Assembly: GCF_018350175.1 (NCBI RefSeq)
Contig: NC_058368.1
Coordinates: 75,580,001-75,644,000, forward strand
Origin: Felis catus
Lineage: Eukaryota
Direction of reading: 5' to 3'
DNA length: 64,000 bases
Each line of letters begins with the position of its first letter. Within the stretch, counting starts at the first letter, position 1. The notes beneath the pieces were generated by a model, which did not search any database, was not told where the DNA came from, and saw nothing but the letters and a program-made list of their open reading frames with translations. Shown here piece by piece: positions 13,430 through 25,596 of the stretch. A program made the position numbers and the translations under genes.

Positions 13430-13825
13430 GATGTACTTAGTCAAGGGTAATTGGTATTGGCTAAGTGTTATACTGTAGTGAGGAGTATTTCAAAGTTTCA
13501 GTGGCTTTGAACAGAAGGGTTTATTTATTGCTCAATCGTCATGCTGTATTCAGGTTGCCTGAATGAATCTGCTGTAGATCTCTGCTACCAGAGGGTCCAC
13601 TATTTTATTATGTGTCTCAATGCAAGTTTTCAAGGTTTGCCAGAGCAAAGGAAAAAAGCAGGAGGACTAACACACCAGCTCTGAAATGCTCCCACCTTGC
13701 AGTGACGTGTTTCCTAACACTCAATTATATTAAATTCAGGAAGGTGGGAAAATCTAATCCTCCCGAAAGCTCATAAGGTGGGAAGACCCAGGAATACTGA
13801 TGGGCTGTACTAATGTCTATCTCAT
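13430..13825 (-). mobile_element. Old MaLR LTR (MLT1-type)
   Basis: 'tttcagtggctttgaacagaagggtttatttattgctc...ggaaggtgggaaaatctaatcc' is typical of old MLT1. Confidence 0.6.
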
Positions 13826-14199
13826 CAAGGGACTACAAACGCCATGTGTGCTTGAGAGAGATTTTATTTAGAAGCCTCTAATACATATGAGCATACTATA
13901 GTTAACTTTAACAGCAGTATCCCTGGGGGATATTATGGGATATATGAGATGTTATGGGGTGTGCACCCACACACGCAAACACCTACACACGTTTGCACCC
14001 ATATGCCTTTACTCCCAACACACTGACGCGGTTTCATTGAAAAGAGTTCAAAGACCTCGATTAGAATCCTAGCCGTCTTCTACTGAGTCCATTTGGAGAC
14101 ATAAATTAACCTTTCAAGCCTTATTCCTAACCATGAATTGAACCACGAATGACTAAGGGGCAAACTATCTCTAGTATGTGGAACGTGTCTTTGAATTTT

Positions 14200-14345
14200 G
14201 ACTTTGCTACTTAATTTCTGAATTGGCTATCAGAGACTTCCATAAGGGTCTGAACCTCAATTTCCTTACCTTCAAAATGGAGATGCAGTGTATAGTTTAT
14301 TCTAAATAAAATCTTCTAAGTGTCAAGTAAGAAGCGATGTGTTTC
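14200..14345 (+). mobile_element. MIR fragment
   Basis: tctgaacctcaatttccttaccttcaaaatggagat. Confidence 0.6.
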
Positions 14346-14419
14346 ACAAGGTGTCCTGAAAATATAAGTTAGTACCAAGTATTAAGAATTATGCCTACTT
14401 CACACTGTTGTGCTTTGAT

Positions 14420-14522
14420 CACAGACTTTCAGCCTCTGGAACTGTGAGAAATAAATTTCTATTATTTATAAGCCACATAGTCTATGGCATTTTTGATATA
14501 GCAGCCCAAACAGATTAATAGG
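14420..14522 (+). mobile_element. MLT1 LTR 3' fragment
   Basis: gactttcagcctctggaactgtgagaaataaatttc...taagccac...atagcagccc. Confidence 0.85.
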
Positions 14523-15047
14523 CACACTAATATAATCTACTGCCAATAAATTCTCATTATTTTAAGTCTCTAAGCTCTAAGGAATAAATCTGACATAAAT
14601 GTTACAACAATGATCCTTTTTATAAACCTTTAATTCAATGAATTATTGTGCATCATGGATAAAACGTTGGTTTCTTTGTCATAGTCATCAAGCACCCAAC
14701 ACCGTGCCTGAGACATAATATAAATGGATGTTTGCATTGGACTCAGAACACAGTGAGACCAAACCCCAGTAAGTCCATCCAAATACGTACAACATGGCAA
14801 GCACATCATTGAAAGAGAGAAACCTTCAGTTGTCTTCTATGGCATTGTAAATAATAATACCTGATTGACAGAGCTGCAGGGAGAATTAATCAAAGTGTGC
14901 CTAAAAACAGCAATTCTCCTTCCCATAAAGCAGATTAAGTTACAACTTAACCTCCCACTCACCAAACCGCCCACTGAGAAGAACTGGAAAAAATTGAGGA
15001 AATAGACTGTAGAAGAGCTACTTGGGGGCATTAGAAACCTACCGAGG

Positions 15048-15278
15048 GGGGGGCGCCTGGGTGGCGCAGTTGGTTAAGCGTCCGACTTCAGCCAGGTCAC
15101 GATCTCGCGGTCCGTGAGTCCGAGCCCCCGCGTCAGGCTCAGGGCTGATGCCTCAGAGCCTGGAGCCTGTTTCGGATTCTGTGTCTCCCTCTCTCTCTGC
15201 CCCTCCCCCGTTCATGCTCTGTCTCTCTCTGTCCCAAAAATAAATAAACGTTGAAAAAAAAATTAAAAAAAAAAAAAA
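15048..15278 (+). mobile_element. Young felid SINE (SINEC_Fc-like)
   Basis: Perfect TSD agaaacctaccgagg at 15033-15047 and 15279-15293. Long A tail. Confidence 0.97.
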
Positions 15279-16716
15279 AGAAACCTACCGAGGTTACTAG
15301 GACTCAAGGAGCCAAGACCTGGAGATGGGGGGACCTCGCCGCGGTGTGACTCTGCACAGCTCCCTGCGGGTCATGTACCAAGTCCTCTGGGGTCAGAGCA
15401 GAGAGCTGTGAGGTCAAGCAGAAAGCACATCCCCGAGGATGGGCACGGGAGGCACAGATGCTACAAAGTTGACCCCCTCGGAATGATTCTTCAAGAAAAC
15501 GGGCAAGTTGGAGATAAGAAGGATGATCCGTTCTCGTATATGTCTAGTAACCGCTTCATTTGTTTCGTTGGGAAGAAAAGTATAATGAACTAACCAAATC
15601 GAGACAGAGGAAAACTATGCTTTGAATAAACATCAGATGCCTCCACAATGCGGTGTCTTTGGCTTATCTTTTCAGAATCCACTTCTTATCTTTGGGCTTA
15701 GAAGAGTGGTGTTTATGCTTTGCAAAAAGGAATGAGGAGAGAAGAGCCTCGATGTCACTCTTCACATGTATAGGTGGGATCCAAATCCCTCAGTTCCGCA
15801 CATGTTATTCGGAAGTACCCAAAAGAATTCAGAGCTGGGTGTAATTTGCTGTGATGAATGAAAAACAGTTTTGATTGTCAGAGCAGAGGAGGTACGAGAA
15901 TATTTGTCAGAAACATCCCCAGTTAATTGTGATAATAGATACCTGAGGAACGTCACAGAAACAGGTTAAGGATCTCAAGAAGGACACGCTATAAAGGAGA
16001 TTAATTCATAACAGATGTCTACAGAGGTTGCAAGGGTAGGAGTCGCTTCCTGACACTTACAGGAATCTATTAGAAATGTACATGGTGGCTATAAATGATA
16101 ATGGTAAATGGTAAATGGTATTATAGGCAGAAACAAGCTTTGAGGTATAGAAATGAGGCAAAACTTCTTCAAAGAATTCTGCTTTTTCTTTTCACATCTC
16201 TCCATACTGTTTTCTCGTCGGTCTGTCTGGCCGGCTTGTGGATACTCTGACGGTCTAAGGGGCTGTCTGTGAATGTGCAGGCCTCTGTCTCCGTGACCAT
16301 CATTGTGCTGTCGCTGAAATACAGACCGGAAGGAAGGAGCGTACGACAGATCTCTGTAAGCCCTGAGTTACTACTTGGTCTTTTTGCCATGTCTTTGGAA
16401 GTATGCTAACTCCTGGCAAGATTGGAGGTGGAAAAAAAAAAAAAAAAAGCTCATTGAAAGCAACTCTTCATTCCCATGGGTGCCACATGACTGAGAATAC
16501 GAGTCTCCATGCTGAATCACGCTCTCCACCCGCAATGCAGAGACCCAGCAGGTATACAACTCAAGATGATGCTGGGTATTTGAAAGACATCAATCACTAC
16601 TCATCTGTTAAGAATACCAGGAGTCATCTGACCCCAGGAGAACCATCGAAATTAGTTGGTGGCAAATTCGAGGAAGACTTCGCTTTTAAAAACATGAAAA
16701 TAGTGGGCCTATTCTT

Positions 16717-17741
16717 TTTTTTTCAATATATGAAATTTATTGTCAAATTGGTTTCCATTCAACACCCAGTGCTCATCCCAAAAGGTGCCCTCCTCAATAC
16801 CCATCCCCCACCCTTCCCTCCCTCCCACCCCCCATCAACCCTCAGTTTGTTCTCAGTTTTTAAGAGTCTCTTATGCTTTGGCTCTCTCCCACTCTAACCT
16901 CTTTTTTTTTTTCCTTCCCCTCCCCCATGGGTTTCTGTTAAGTTTCTCAGGATCCACATAAGAGTGAAACCATATGGTATCTGTCTTTCTCTGTATGGCT
17001 TATTTCACTTAGCATCACACTCTCCAGTTCCATCCATGTTGCTACAAAGGGCCATATTTCATTCTTTCTCATTGCCATGTAGTACTCCATTGTGTATATA
17101 AACCACAATGTCTTTATCCATTCATCAGTTGATTGGCATTTAGGCTCTTTCCATAATTTGGCTATTGTTGAGAGTGCTGCTATAAACATTGGGGTACAAG
17201 TGCCCCTATGCATCAGTACTCCTATATCCCTTGGGTAAATTCCTAGCAGTGCTATTGCTGGGTCATAGGGTAGGCCTATTTTTAATTTTTTGAGGAACCT
17301 CCACACTGTTTTCCAGAGTGGCTGTATCAGTTTGCATTCCCACTAACAGTGCAAGAGGGTTCCCATTTCTCCACATCCTCTCCAGCATCTACAGTCTCCT
17401 GATTTGTTCATTTTGGCCACTCTGATTGGTGTAAGTTGATATCTGAGTGTGGTTTTGATTTGTATTTCCCTGATGAGGAGCGACATTGAATATCTTTTCA
17501 TGTGCCTGTTGGCCATCTGGATGTCTTCTTTAGAGAAGTGTCTATTCATGTTTTCTGCCCATTTCTTCACTGGGTTATTTGTTTTCCCGGTGTGGAGTTT
17601 GGTGAGCTCTTTATAGATTTTGGATACTAGCCCTTTGTCCGATATGTCATTTGCAAATATCTTTTCCCATTCTGTTGGTTGCCTCTTAGTTTTGTTGGTT
17701 GTTTCCTTTGCCGTGCAGAAGCTTTTTATCTTCACAAGGTC
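16717..17741 (-). mobile_element. Young 5'-truncated felid L1 (about 1.0 kb)
   Basis: ORF2 C-terminus, 3' UTR, AATAAA and A tail on the minus strand. Perfect 16-bp TSD tagtgggcctattctt at 16701-16716 and 17742-17757. Confidence 0.97.
16947..17735 (-). pseudogene. L1 ORF2 C-terminal fragment with one in-frame stop
   Basis: Same-frame ORFs [23 protein letters not shown] and WRFLKKLKI..YDPAIALLGIYP..SLLCGS. The stop at 17343-17345 replaces the W of the HCWW motif. Confidence 0.93.
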
Positions 17742-17804
17742 TAGTGGGCCTATTCTTAAAAGGGTTTCTGCACAGGACAGTTTATGTGTGTGAAAGAGAC
17801 AAAA

Positions 17805-17962
17805 GGGGGCTGCTGCATGGCATGGTTGGTTGAGACTCTGACTCTTGGTTTCAACTCAGGTCATGAGCTCGTGGTTTGAAAGATCAAGTCCTGCGTCGGG
17901 CTCTGCACTGACAGTGTGGAGCCTGCTTGAGATTCTCTCTCTCCCTCTCTCTGCCCCACCTC

Positions 17963-18013
<51 letters not shown>

Positions 18014-18074
18014 TTTCTCTCTCTCCCCCAATCTCTCTCTCAAAATAAATAAATAAATAAATAAACATTAAAAA
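17805..18074 (+). mobile_element. Can-SINE (older, expanded CT tract)
   Basis: Degenerate head, caggtcatgagctc, (CT)n and aaataaataa tail. Confidence 0.9.
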
Positions 18075-18120
18075 GAGAGAGAAAGAGTGAGAAGCAAAGC
18101 ACTAGGACAAGGTACTCCAT

Positions 18121-18285
18121 GGGGCACCTGGGTGGCTCAGTTGGTTAAACGTCTGACTTTGGCTCAGGTCATGATCTCATGGTCCATGAGTTGGAGCTCC
18201 ACATCACACTCTGTGCTGACAGCTCAGAGGCTGGAGCCTGCTTTGGGTCTGTATCTCCCTCTCTTTCTGTCCCTCCCCCACTCAT

Positions 18286-18330
<45 letters not shown>

Positions 18331-18350
18331 AAAACATAAACATCAATTAA
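18121..18350 (+). mobile_element. Can-SINE
   Basis: Head ggggcacctgggtggctcag and (CT)n tract. Confidence 0.94.
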
Positions 18351-18489
18351 CAACAGCAAAAAAGACAATCTACTCCAAACATGGTTACCCATGCATGTGG
18401 GCATCTGCGTGTCCCATAAGAATGATAAAATGAAATATGTCAAATAATAATTTTGGTTTTTAACAACAAATCTAAAGTCTATTTTGTAT

Positions 18490-18717
18490 TTTTAAATTTT
18501 TTTTGTATCTTTATTTTTTTTGAGAGAGAGAGGGAGAAAGAGAAAGAGAGTGGGAGCAGGGGAGGGACAGAGAGAGAGGGAGACACAGAATCCCAAGCAG
18601 GCTCTAGGCCCTGAGCTGTTGGCACAAAGCCTGACAAGGGGCTGGAACTCATGAACCATGAGACCATGACCTGAGCCAAAGTTGGATGCTTAACCGGCTG
18701 AGCTACCCAGGTTCCCC
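18490..18717 (-). mobile_element. Can-SINE
   Basis: Reverse-strand body. TSD ctattttgtatt/ctatttcgtatt. Confidence 0.94.
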
Positions 18718-19869
18718 TATTTCGTATTTAAAAGACTTAATGATGAAAGTAATTAACTAGTACATCAGTCATTGTAAGAAACATTGTATGAAAAGTCAAA
18801 AAAATAGAAATTAAAAAAGAAAAGAATGTACCACACAACAGAACGATATTGTTGAAATTCAGTCTCTAAGAGTAAAAGAGGAATGGGGTAAAGTCATTTA
18901 GATTAATAAGAGGAAACCATTCCTCAACCACACGAAACCATTCCACAAAAATAATATTGTCCTCATGAATAATTTCTTCAAAAGATCAATAATAACAAAT
19001 GGTCAATATTACTCTTGGTTCTACTCAAAGTTGGTACAGGGAATTGAAAATCAAATGCAACTGCTTTATGCTGTTGTATTTAGGGGATGTGGAAATGGCA
19101 GTTTTCCTCAACAGACACATCCTTATCACCAATGGAGTTTACTTAGGTCTTCCGAACTTGTGTAAGTCAGCTTTATAAATGTCATTTCCGTTGAACAATA
19201 AAACGCTGTGTGCACATCCAATTTTGTGGTTTGATGAATCCTGTAACAGCAGTTCATCGCGGGGAGTTAACTTGCATAGTCATTTGGTCACGTGTGTCAC
19301 AGGGTCAGACGCTCAGTCTTAGGATCTGCTTCTGAAATGGAGAATAATTATCAAGGAAAACAGCCAGTACTGTGACTCTCCTACAAGGAGATTTTCAGAG
19401 TCTCCGTAGAGCTTCTGTATCCGCCGTTGACATTTGTGGCTCATAAAACCCAAGGAGCAGGGCCCCTTCTACTACATTCTGGAACTGCTAGAGAATTTTA
19501 CTTGATCCAGACCCGATTTAAATGTGTCAGTTTAACAGGTTTGGGGCAATGGATCAGAGCAACCTATAGAAATATGTCTTTTTCTTTATGGTAGGCAATA
19601 CAAGGTACAGAAGATTGTCTCTCAGAATATTCTCAAATTCCCCAGATCGTTGAAGTTGTCAGAACCCTTCCCACTTGTCAAGCCCTGGACTTAAATGGAA
19701 TTTATGTCTTTCCTCTCTTATGTGTGGTTTGCAGTCTCCCATTTACCAGATGCAATTAGCGCAATGCCCTCAAGGAACGGACAGGGTGGTGTTCTGTGTG
19801 CTGTTAACACGATAGCCCTACTTGAAATCTACGTTATTGCAGAAATCAAGAGAACTGACATTATCCCAA

Positions 19870-20440
19870 TGTGAGAAAGGGTAGTGAGACTGCTGTCCAT
19901 GGCTCAGGAGGCAAAATGATCTCAGGATCTTTGTTGAAAAGAAAGTATGGCGCCAGGTCAAAATTTGTGTGCCAGATGGTCCAGTAGAGATAATACACCT
20001 GTAATCCCAGCTGCAATTTATACCATCACCCAGTTATAATTTTAATAATCCCTAGTCATTCCACAGGCCCACCTGGCTTTTTCACCAGTCAGGCACATCA
20101 TATAGAGACATGTTAGGAAACACCCTGAACCCTTCAATGCATCAGTGATGTTACCAAGTTGTTTTGTGTCCTCACGGATGCAGAATTGCTTTTGGTTGGG
20201 TACTATGAGAGATGAGAAGTGAAAGGAGACAGTTTCCGGCCTTCTACTTGGCCCATCCCAACACAGTAGCTCTTCACAGGTCTGATAATCCATGTGGAGG
20301 TTCCATGTGTTACCAAATATGTCTGCTGTCACTATATATTCTAAAATTGAGATAATAGCAATAGGACAGGTTTGTGGTTCAGTTGGACCCCTCAGAGACA
20401 AACTTGGGCCAAGACAACGTTTATTACTTGACTTCCACAA
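19870..20440 (-). pseudogene. ERVL protease/reverse-transcriptase remnant
   Basis: GPTEPQTCPIAIISILEYIVTADIFGNTWNLH ~ GPVGPRTHPVVISPVPECIIGIDILSSWQNPH; NQKQFCI ~ NQKQYRI; MTRDY ~ MTVDY; IAAGITGVLSLL ~ IAAAVPDVVSLL (recalled HERV-L Pol). Confidence 0.85.
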
Positions 20441-20889
20441 ATTTTTACTTTGAGCAACAGATCTTGGTGGAATCTCAGAAGATTAGGATAAAGAGGGATG
20501 GCGTAAACTTGTGTCATGCAGGTAAATGGCTACAGATACCTTTAGGGAAAGACTTGTAGGAAGATTCTCAGATATAGATGTGGGCGGTGATATGGGTTCT
20601 TCCACAAATAACCTAGGTTCCTATCAATCGAGGGGCATCAAGTCTACGAATTGACTTGTTTTGGAAAGTGAGTAAGAGGCAATCAATCCCCATTAATGCA
20701 ACCCAAGTCAATTTCCATCCAACAGATTCTGAATTATTCAATTAAATATGTCAAATGGGACTTAAAGGGGCGGCCCATGTATGTCACCCCTAGAGATTTG
20801 TGATGAATTAGCCACAAGCACAGATACCTGAAGCTTATCATGGTAATAAGACACACCTTTATCTGATAGTGAAGGGTCACCACCTGGGC

Positions 20890-21461
20890 CTCTACTGCTC
20901 TGCAATTATTGTTATAAGAATAGTTTTTTTTTTTGTTGTTTTTTTTTTTGTTTTTTTTTTGGGGGGGGGGACAGAGAGAGACAGAGCATGAACGGGGGAG
21001 GGGCACAGAGAGAGGGAGACACAGAATTGGAAACAGGCTCCAGGCTCTGAGCCATCAGCCCAGAGCCTGACGCGGGGCTCGAACCCATGGACCGCAAGAT
21101 CGTGACCTGGCTGAAGTCGGACGCTTAACCGACTGCTCCACCCAGGCGCCCCAAGAATAGTTTTTTTATGCAGCAAAACCGAACTAAACTAAAAACAAAC
21201 AAGTACGCCCAATAGTGCGGGAGGGGGGATTAAATAACTGATAAAGTTCATTATTTTTTAAAGTTATTTTCTTAGGGTTTGTGATGTTGGTGTTATCTGA
21301 CAGCTTTTAAAACATTTCATTTGCTGTGGTTGTTTTTATCATTCTAAATCAATCATCATTTTTACACTTTTTTGTGTGTTGATAACATTATACTTTTTCC
21401 TTGAAGAAGGACTTCAAAATTGTGTAAGCCTCCTACCCCACAAAACTTTGCTCAACCTCTG
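20890..21461 (-). mobile_element. hAT-Tip100 (Zaphod/MER115-like) fragment, interrupted by a SINE
   Basis: The end 'aaaattgtgtaagcctcctaccccacaaaactttgctcaacctctg' resembles the reverse complement of CAGGGGCGGATCCAGGTTTTGTGGGGCCTGAAGCTTATACAATTT. Confidence 0.6.
20924..21152 (-). mobile_element. Young felid SINE (SINEC_Fc-like)
   Basis: TSD aagaatagttttttt starting at 20916 and 21153. The tail lacks the usual aataaataaacgtt segment. Confidence 0.96.
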
Positions 21462-21668
21462 AATCTATTTTGACCAACATCACCCAGTGCCACCGGTGAC
21501 CCCTGGAGGAGACACATTATTTCATTTTTTCAAGTCCTCGTGCAAGAGGCATCGTCCAGCCTTGTTGCCAGGGATAAGGTGAGGAAATGGGAAGTATGGC
21601 TGAGCAGGTTGTACAAAATGAGTCCACGCCAACATGCCTTTCTTCTGAAGTTCTTGATTCCTTTAGCA

Positions 21669-21868
21669 CAGGGGCGAGAAAACTTTTTTGTAAAGCACCA
21701 GATAGTAAATATTTTGGGTTTTGTGGACCATATGGTCTCTGTTGCCATTTTTGTGCAAAAGCATCCACAGAAAATGCATCATATGGGTGTGGCTGTGTTC
21801 CAGTAACACTTTATTTATGAAAACAAGCTGGCTGGCCAAACCTGGCCCACGGGCCAACCTGTGACACT
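21669..21868 (+). mobile_element. MER58A-like hAT-Charlie MITE
   Basis: cagggg...aaactttt..gtaaag..ccagatagtaaatattttgg...gggtgtggctgtgttccag..actttattta...tggcccacgggcc. Confidence 0.88.
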
Positions 21869-22194
21869 ATACAGCATGTCCCAAAGCTCTAGCAATTAAA
21901 TCCCACAACTGAGATGAATCAGGCTTAATTAACTAATTTAGTAATCTATCAATGCCACTCCCAGTTGCTGGAGCTAATATATTAAATCCTTTCTTCTAGG
22001 TGTGTGTATCTGCATCTTTTTTTTTTTTTAATCCTTCTTGGCCTATCCAATCCACTCCAACACATTCCCCAGTGTCTCGTTAATGCAAATGAAGATGTTC
22101 TGCAAGTTGTCTGGTATATAGAGTCTTTTCTCCCTGAGGGGACCATCTCTGGTAGTTCCCTCTCTGGGCCTTCCTGGGATGTGACTTTTCTGAT

Positions 22195-22386
22195 GGGCCT
22201 GAGAGCCGTGAACTTGGTGAGAAGAGATATCCCTGGTCAGGTACCCGTTCCAGGTGCCATCCCCTCCAGAGTTCCATGACTGGGAAGGTCGGGCCTGAGA
22301 GCCATGAACTTGGTGAGAAGAGATATCCCTGGTCAGGTACCTGTTCCAGGTGCCATCCCCTCCAGAGTTCCATGACTGGGAGGGTC
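22195..22386. repeat. 96-bp tandem duplication (2 copies)
   Basis: 22195-22290 versus 22291-22386, 3 mismatches. Confidence 0.97.
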
Positions 22387-23029
22387 AGCTTCTTCGTTCA
22401 GTGGGGAGGAGTTGCATTAGAAGACAAGGGCCCTTCAGGGAGAGGTAGGGTTCCAAGCTTTGATTCTGTCTGCTCATGGGTTTCCGTCGAATGTGGCAGT
22501 AGCATCCTCTTCCTGCTAAGAATCCTTTATGAGAAAGACCCTGGAAGATCACATTCATCAAAGCTGTAATCATGTGACAATTGCAGGTGAGACCAGGACC
22601 TAACTTTCACCTTTCTTTTTGGAATAACTACAGAGGATTAAGGCCATCTTTCAGACTGTCTTGATGGCCCTCTGAGTTTCCATCCATGCCCTGAGTTGGG
22701 CATACACCCAAGTCTTTCAGTTGGTCCATTTCTCTGAGTATTCTCTCCTTGACCATCTGAGATGGCCAGCCATGCCTTATTTACTACATTTATCACTGTA
22801 GCTCTGATGGCTCTGAGTCACATCCATTTGCTCTCAGAACACCTTGTCCTCTGCCTGCCCTCATGATGCCAACGTATGCGGCAGATCATCATGCCCTATT
22901 TCTCTTGGCAAGGAGACTATCAGTGCACTCATCCAGTATGAAAGTAATCCAATACCAGAATTCAACTCTGAGGTTTGTTTCTGGAGGCCATTGTTAGTGA
23001 CAATTCCCATACCAAAGTTCCAGAAGAAA

Positions 23030-23533
23030 TCAATGTAGTCTCAGGAGGGAAATTGAAGAGACCTAATAGAATTTAATGAAATGGCTGATTTATCATGGCG
23101 TTAGTCAGCTTATGTTAGCTAACTGTGGATAGTAAGAGCCCCAGGGTCAGGAAAGGGGTGGGGCAGGGAGAGCATTTCCAGATCTGAAGGAACAAGGAAG
23201 GGCGCATTTGCTAGAACACCGGAACCAGTAACTCTAGGTACTGACCAGAAGTTTTGGAAAGCTGACCAGAAGTTTTGCCTTGGGCAGGGGAAGGCTGCCA
23301 CGACCAAAATGCAAACTAACAGAGAGAAGCCAGAAGAATGAAAGCCTGGCTTCTCTTTTTTCCTGCCATCTGTGACTGTTGCTGTTGTCTATTTGTTAAC
23401 ACCATCCAGACGACACAAGGCGAGGGAGAAGAGTTGATGCTACCCATTAAGATGGCTTCCTGGGACAGAGCACAGTCGGAAAAAAAGGAGTGGAGAGTAG
23501 AACTGGTGGGACAGATTGAGAATATCCAGCACA
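23030..23533 (-). mobile_element. LTR33-like ERVL LTR (5' LTR of the provirus)
   Basis: Minus strand begins tgtgctggatattctcaatctgtcccaccagttctactctccac...ctgtgctctgtcccaggaagc, matching the recalled LTR33 start. Confidence 0.8.
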
Positions 23534-24758
23534 GAGACCTCATGTCTCAAATCTCCCTGCCTTTGCAGTGTCTTCATAGGTAAAATAACTTCTGTTCTTT
23601 GCTTAAATAATTAACCACTTATAAAGTTTGTGGCTCATAGTAAGTATTTACTAGTTTATAACTTCTCAGATTATTACTTGAGCTCCACAAAAACATTCAG
23701 AAGAACAGGGTATCCTAGAAGTCATGTTATTTGATGTCTAAAGTACTTTGAATGCATATGTAACATATGCAAAAACACAAACATATGTGTTTTGCAAATT
23801 ATCAGCAAAACACGTATAAGAGAATCTGATAATTTGTATTAAAGAACAACTATATTTAAGGACAGTTAACAGAATAGATATTTAGTAAATGATATTTGTT
23901 TCTTTTTATTGCTTGAAACTATACACAAAAATATTCAGAAGGCTTGACTCCAGGTGTAGCATTTTCTGATGACTAAAATGCTTGCTAAGTATGTGCAGTA
24001 CATTATTAATCAATCAGTGTTATTTACCACCTAGAGAATTTAAATTTTAGACAATTTCTAAGACATTGCATAACTCTCTGGTCCAAGAGGACTTCTGAAA
24101 AAAAAGTCTTTACTTATTAACCTTTGTGCCAGATAATCATTCCATGAGGGGAAAAAATGATCATCTGATTAAGAATTAATAGTGATCAGTGATACCAAGA
24201 GAATTCTACAATGATTGTTTAAGCAAAAGTCCAACTGTTGAAGACGAGACCATGGGGAATATTATTGGAGAATTGACTGATCGCTTTCCTGTCAAAGCTG
24301 CAATTGTTAGGACGTACCAGACTTGTGGTATCAGTTTTCCTTCCTTTTTCCCCTCTGACATATATCATGGTCTGTGTATTAGCAGAGTAGGAAATCTGCT
24401 CCCGTTCAGTATCTTGAATGTGATCCAGGATGTGTCTTGATGTTCACTATGTTTTAGACATGGATATTCTTAGAGGGAGGGACGATCCATCGTGAGAAGG
24501 GGGGAGTTTTCCCTAGTTATCCACCTTGCTATTTAGAAGAGCTTCTCAAGATCGATTTCTGGTTATCACAAGGCTGTTTGCAGCTCCAGAAGATTAATCC
24601 AGTGGGAAGGAAATCTTATCAGTGATTCAAGTTGTTTTAGGTAAACCAAAGGGACAAGTACTGACCTCAAGGACACCTTCACCAGAAGGAGAAGTCAAAG
24701 CCAACACAGAGCTGTTTTCTTGTGACTCCATTAGTCCAGATAGATGATGACTCACATA

Positions 24759-24802
24759 GGGGGTGGGGGTGGGGGGTGAGGGCTGGGGTGGGGGGTGTGG
24801 GG
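24759..24802 (+). other. G-quadruplex-forming motif
   Basis: Seven runs of 3-6 G separated by 1-3 nt loops. Confidence 0.75.
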
Positions 24803-25367
24803 AGTCTCAAAAGCAGAGCTGTCGGAGGTCTTGTTACTTCGCCCAGATGACTAAACTCATAACCAGGCCTGTCACAATTGCCGTTTGGGGTCTTGCTCTA
24901 TAAAGGTTCAGGTTTCTCAGTTCTATTGTTTTCTTTGTAATCTGGGCATTCAGTAATTTAATGGTGGTCAAGTGTGCTCAGAGAAGTGCTCTCACAGCCC
25001 GGAGAAATCACATGGTGCCGTCACATCCACAGACTGGAAAAGGGCAGATAATTTTCTCTACGGAGAGGACACTTGGGGATAAAAGTGAAAAAGTATAATC
25101 TCCTCAACCTGGTTCTGTACATGCCAGTTTGTTTTCTCTCGGTCCAGGCAGATCTAAACCGAAATGCCAAGAGTAAGTCATGGCCAGGGGACCAAGGGCC
25201 ACATCCAAGGCAAAGTTGCAAACCATCACAGCCTGTTGGAGGAAACGGGAAGTCTACACCTCAGGGAGAAGAGGACAGTGATTCAGGAGGTGGGACAAGG
25301 TGATTGTAGGTGACATGAAAACGCTACAGATCGAGACACAAAGATGGGAGCCGTAGTTCACATTCTT

Positions 25368-25596
25368 TGTTTTTGTTTTTGTTTTGTTTTTAATTTTTTT
25401 ATTTTATTTTTGAGACAAAGAGAGAAGAGCATGAGCAGGGAAGGAGCAGAGAGAGAGGGAGACACAGAATCTGAAACAGGCTCCAGGCTCTGAGCCATCA
25501 GCACAGAGCCCGATGCAGGGCTCGAACTCACAGACCGTGAGATCATGACCTGAGCTGAAGTAGGACACTTAACTGACTGAGCCACCCAGGCGCCCC
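25368..25596 (-). mobile_element. Can-SINE (felid type)
   Basis: TSD tcacattctt at 25358-25367 and 25598-25607. Confidence 0.96.

Larger units (their letters stand above)
19860..23030 (-). mobile_element. Decayed ERVL internal region (leader, gag, protease, start of RT) with nested insertions
   Basis: Protease/RT peptide similarity at 19870-20440. Leader-like 'aactttggtatggg' lies next to the LTR. Weak gag-like stretch near 22100-22200. Confidence 0.75.

Noticed and set aside
16169..16897. 73-aa minus-strand and 164-aa plus-strand ORFs
   Set aside because: The long ORF runs through a poly-A tract and the antisense L1 3' UTR. Neither resembles a protein I recognise.
22195..22386. Direct repeats as a possible CRISPR array or coding repeat
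   Set aside because: Only two adjacent copies with no spacers, in mammalian ERV-derived DNA.
23241..23277. 16-bp direct repeat ctgaccagaagttttg (twice)
   Set aside because: Trivial slippage duplication inside an LTR.
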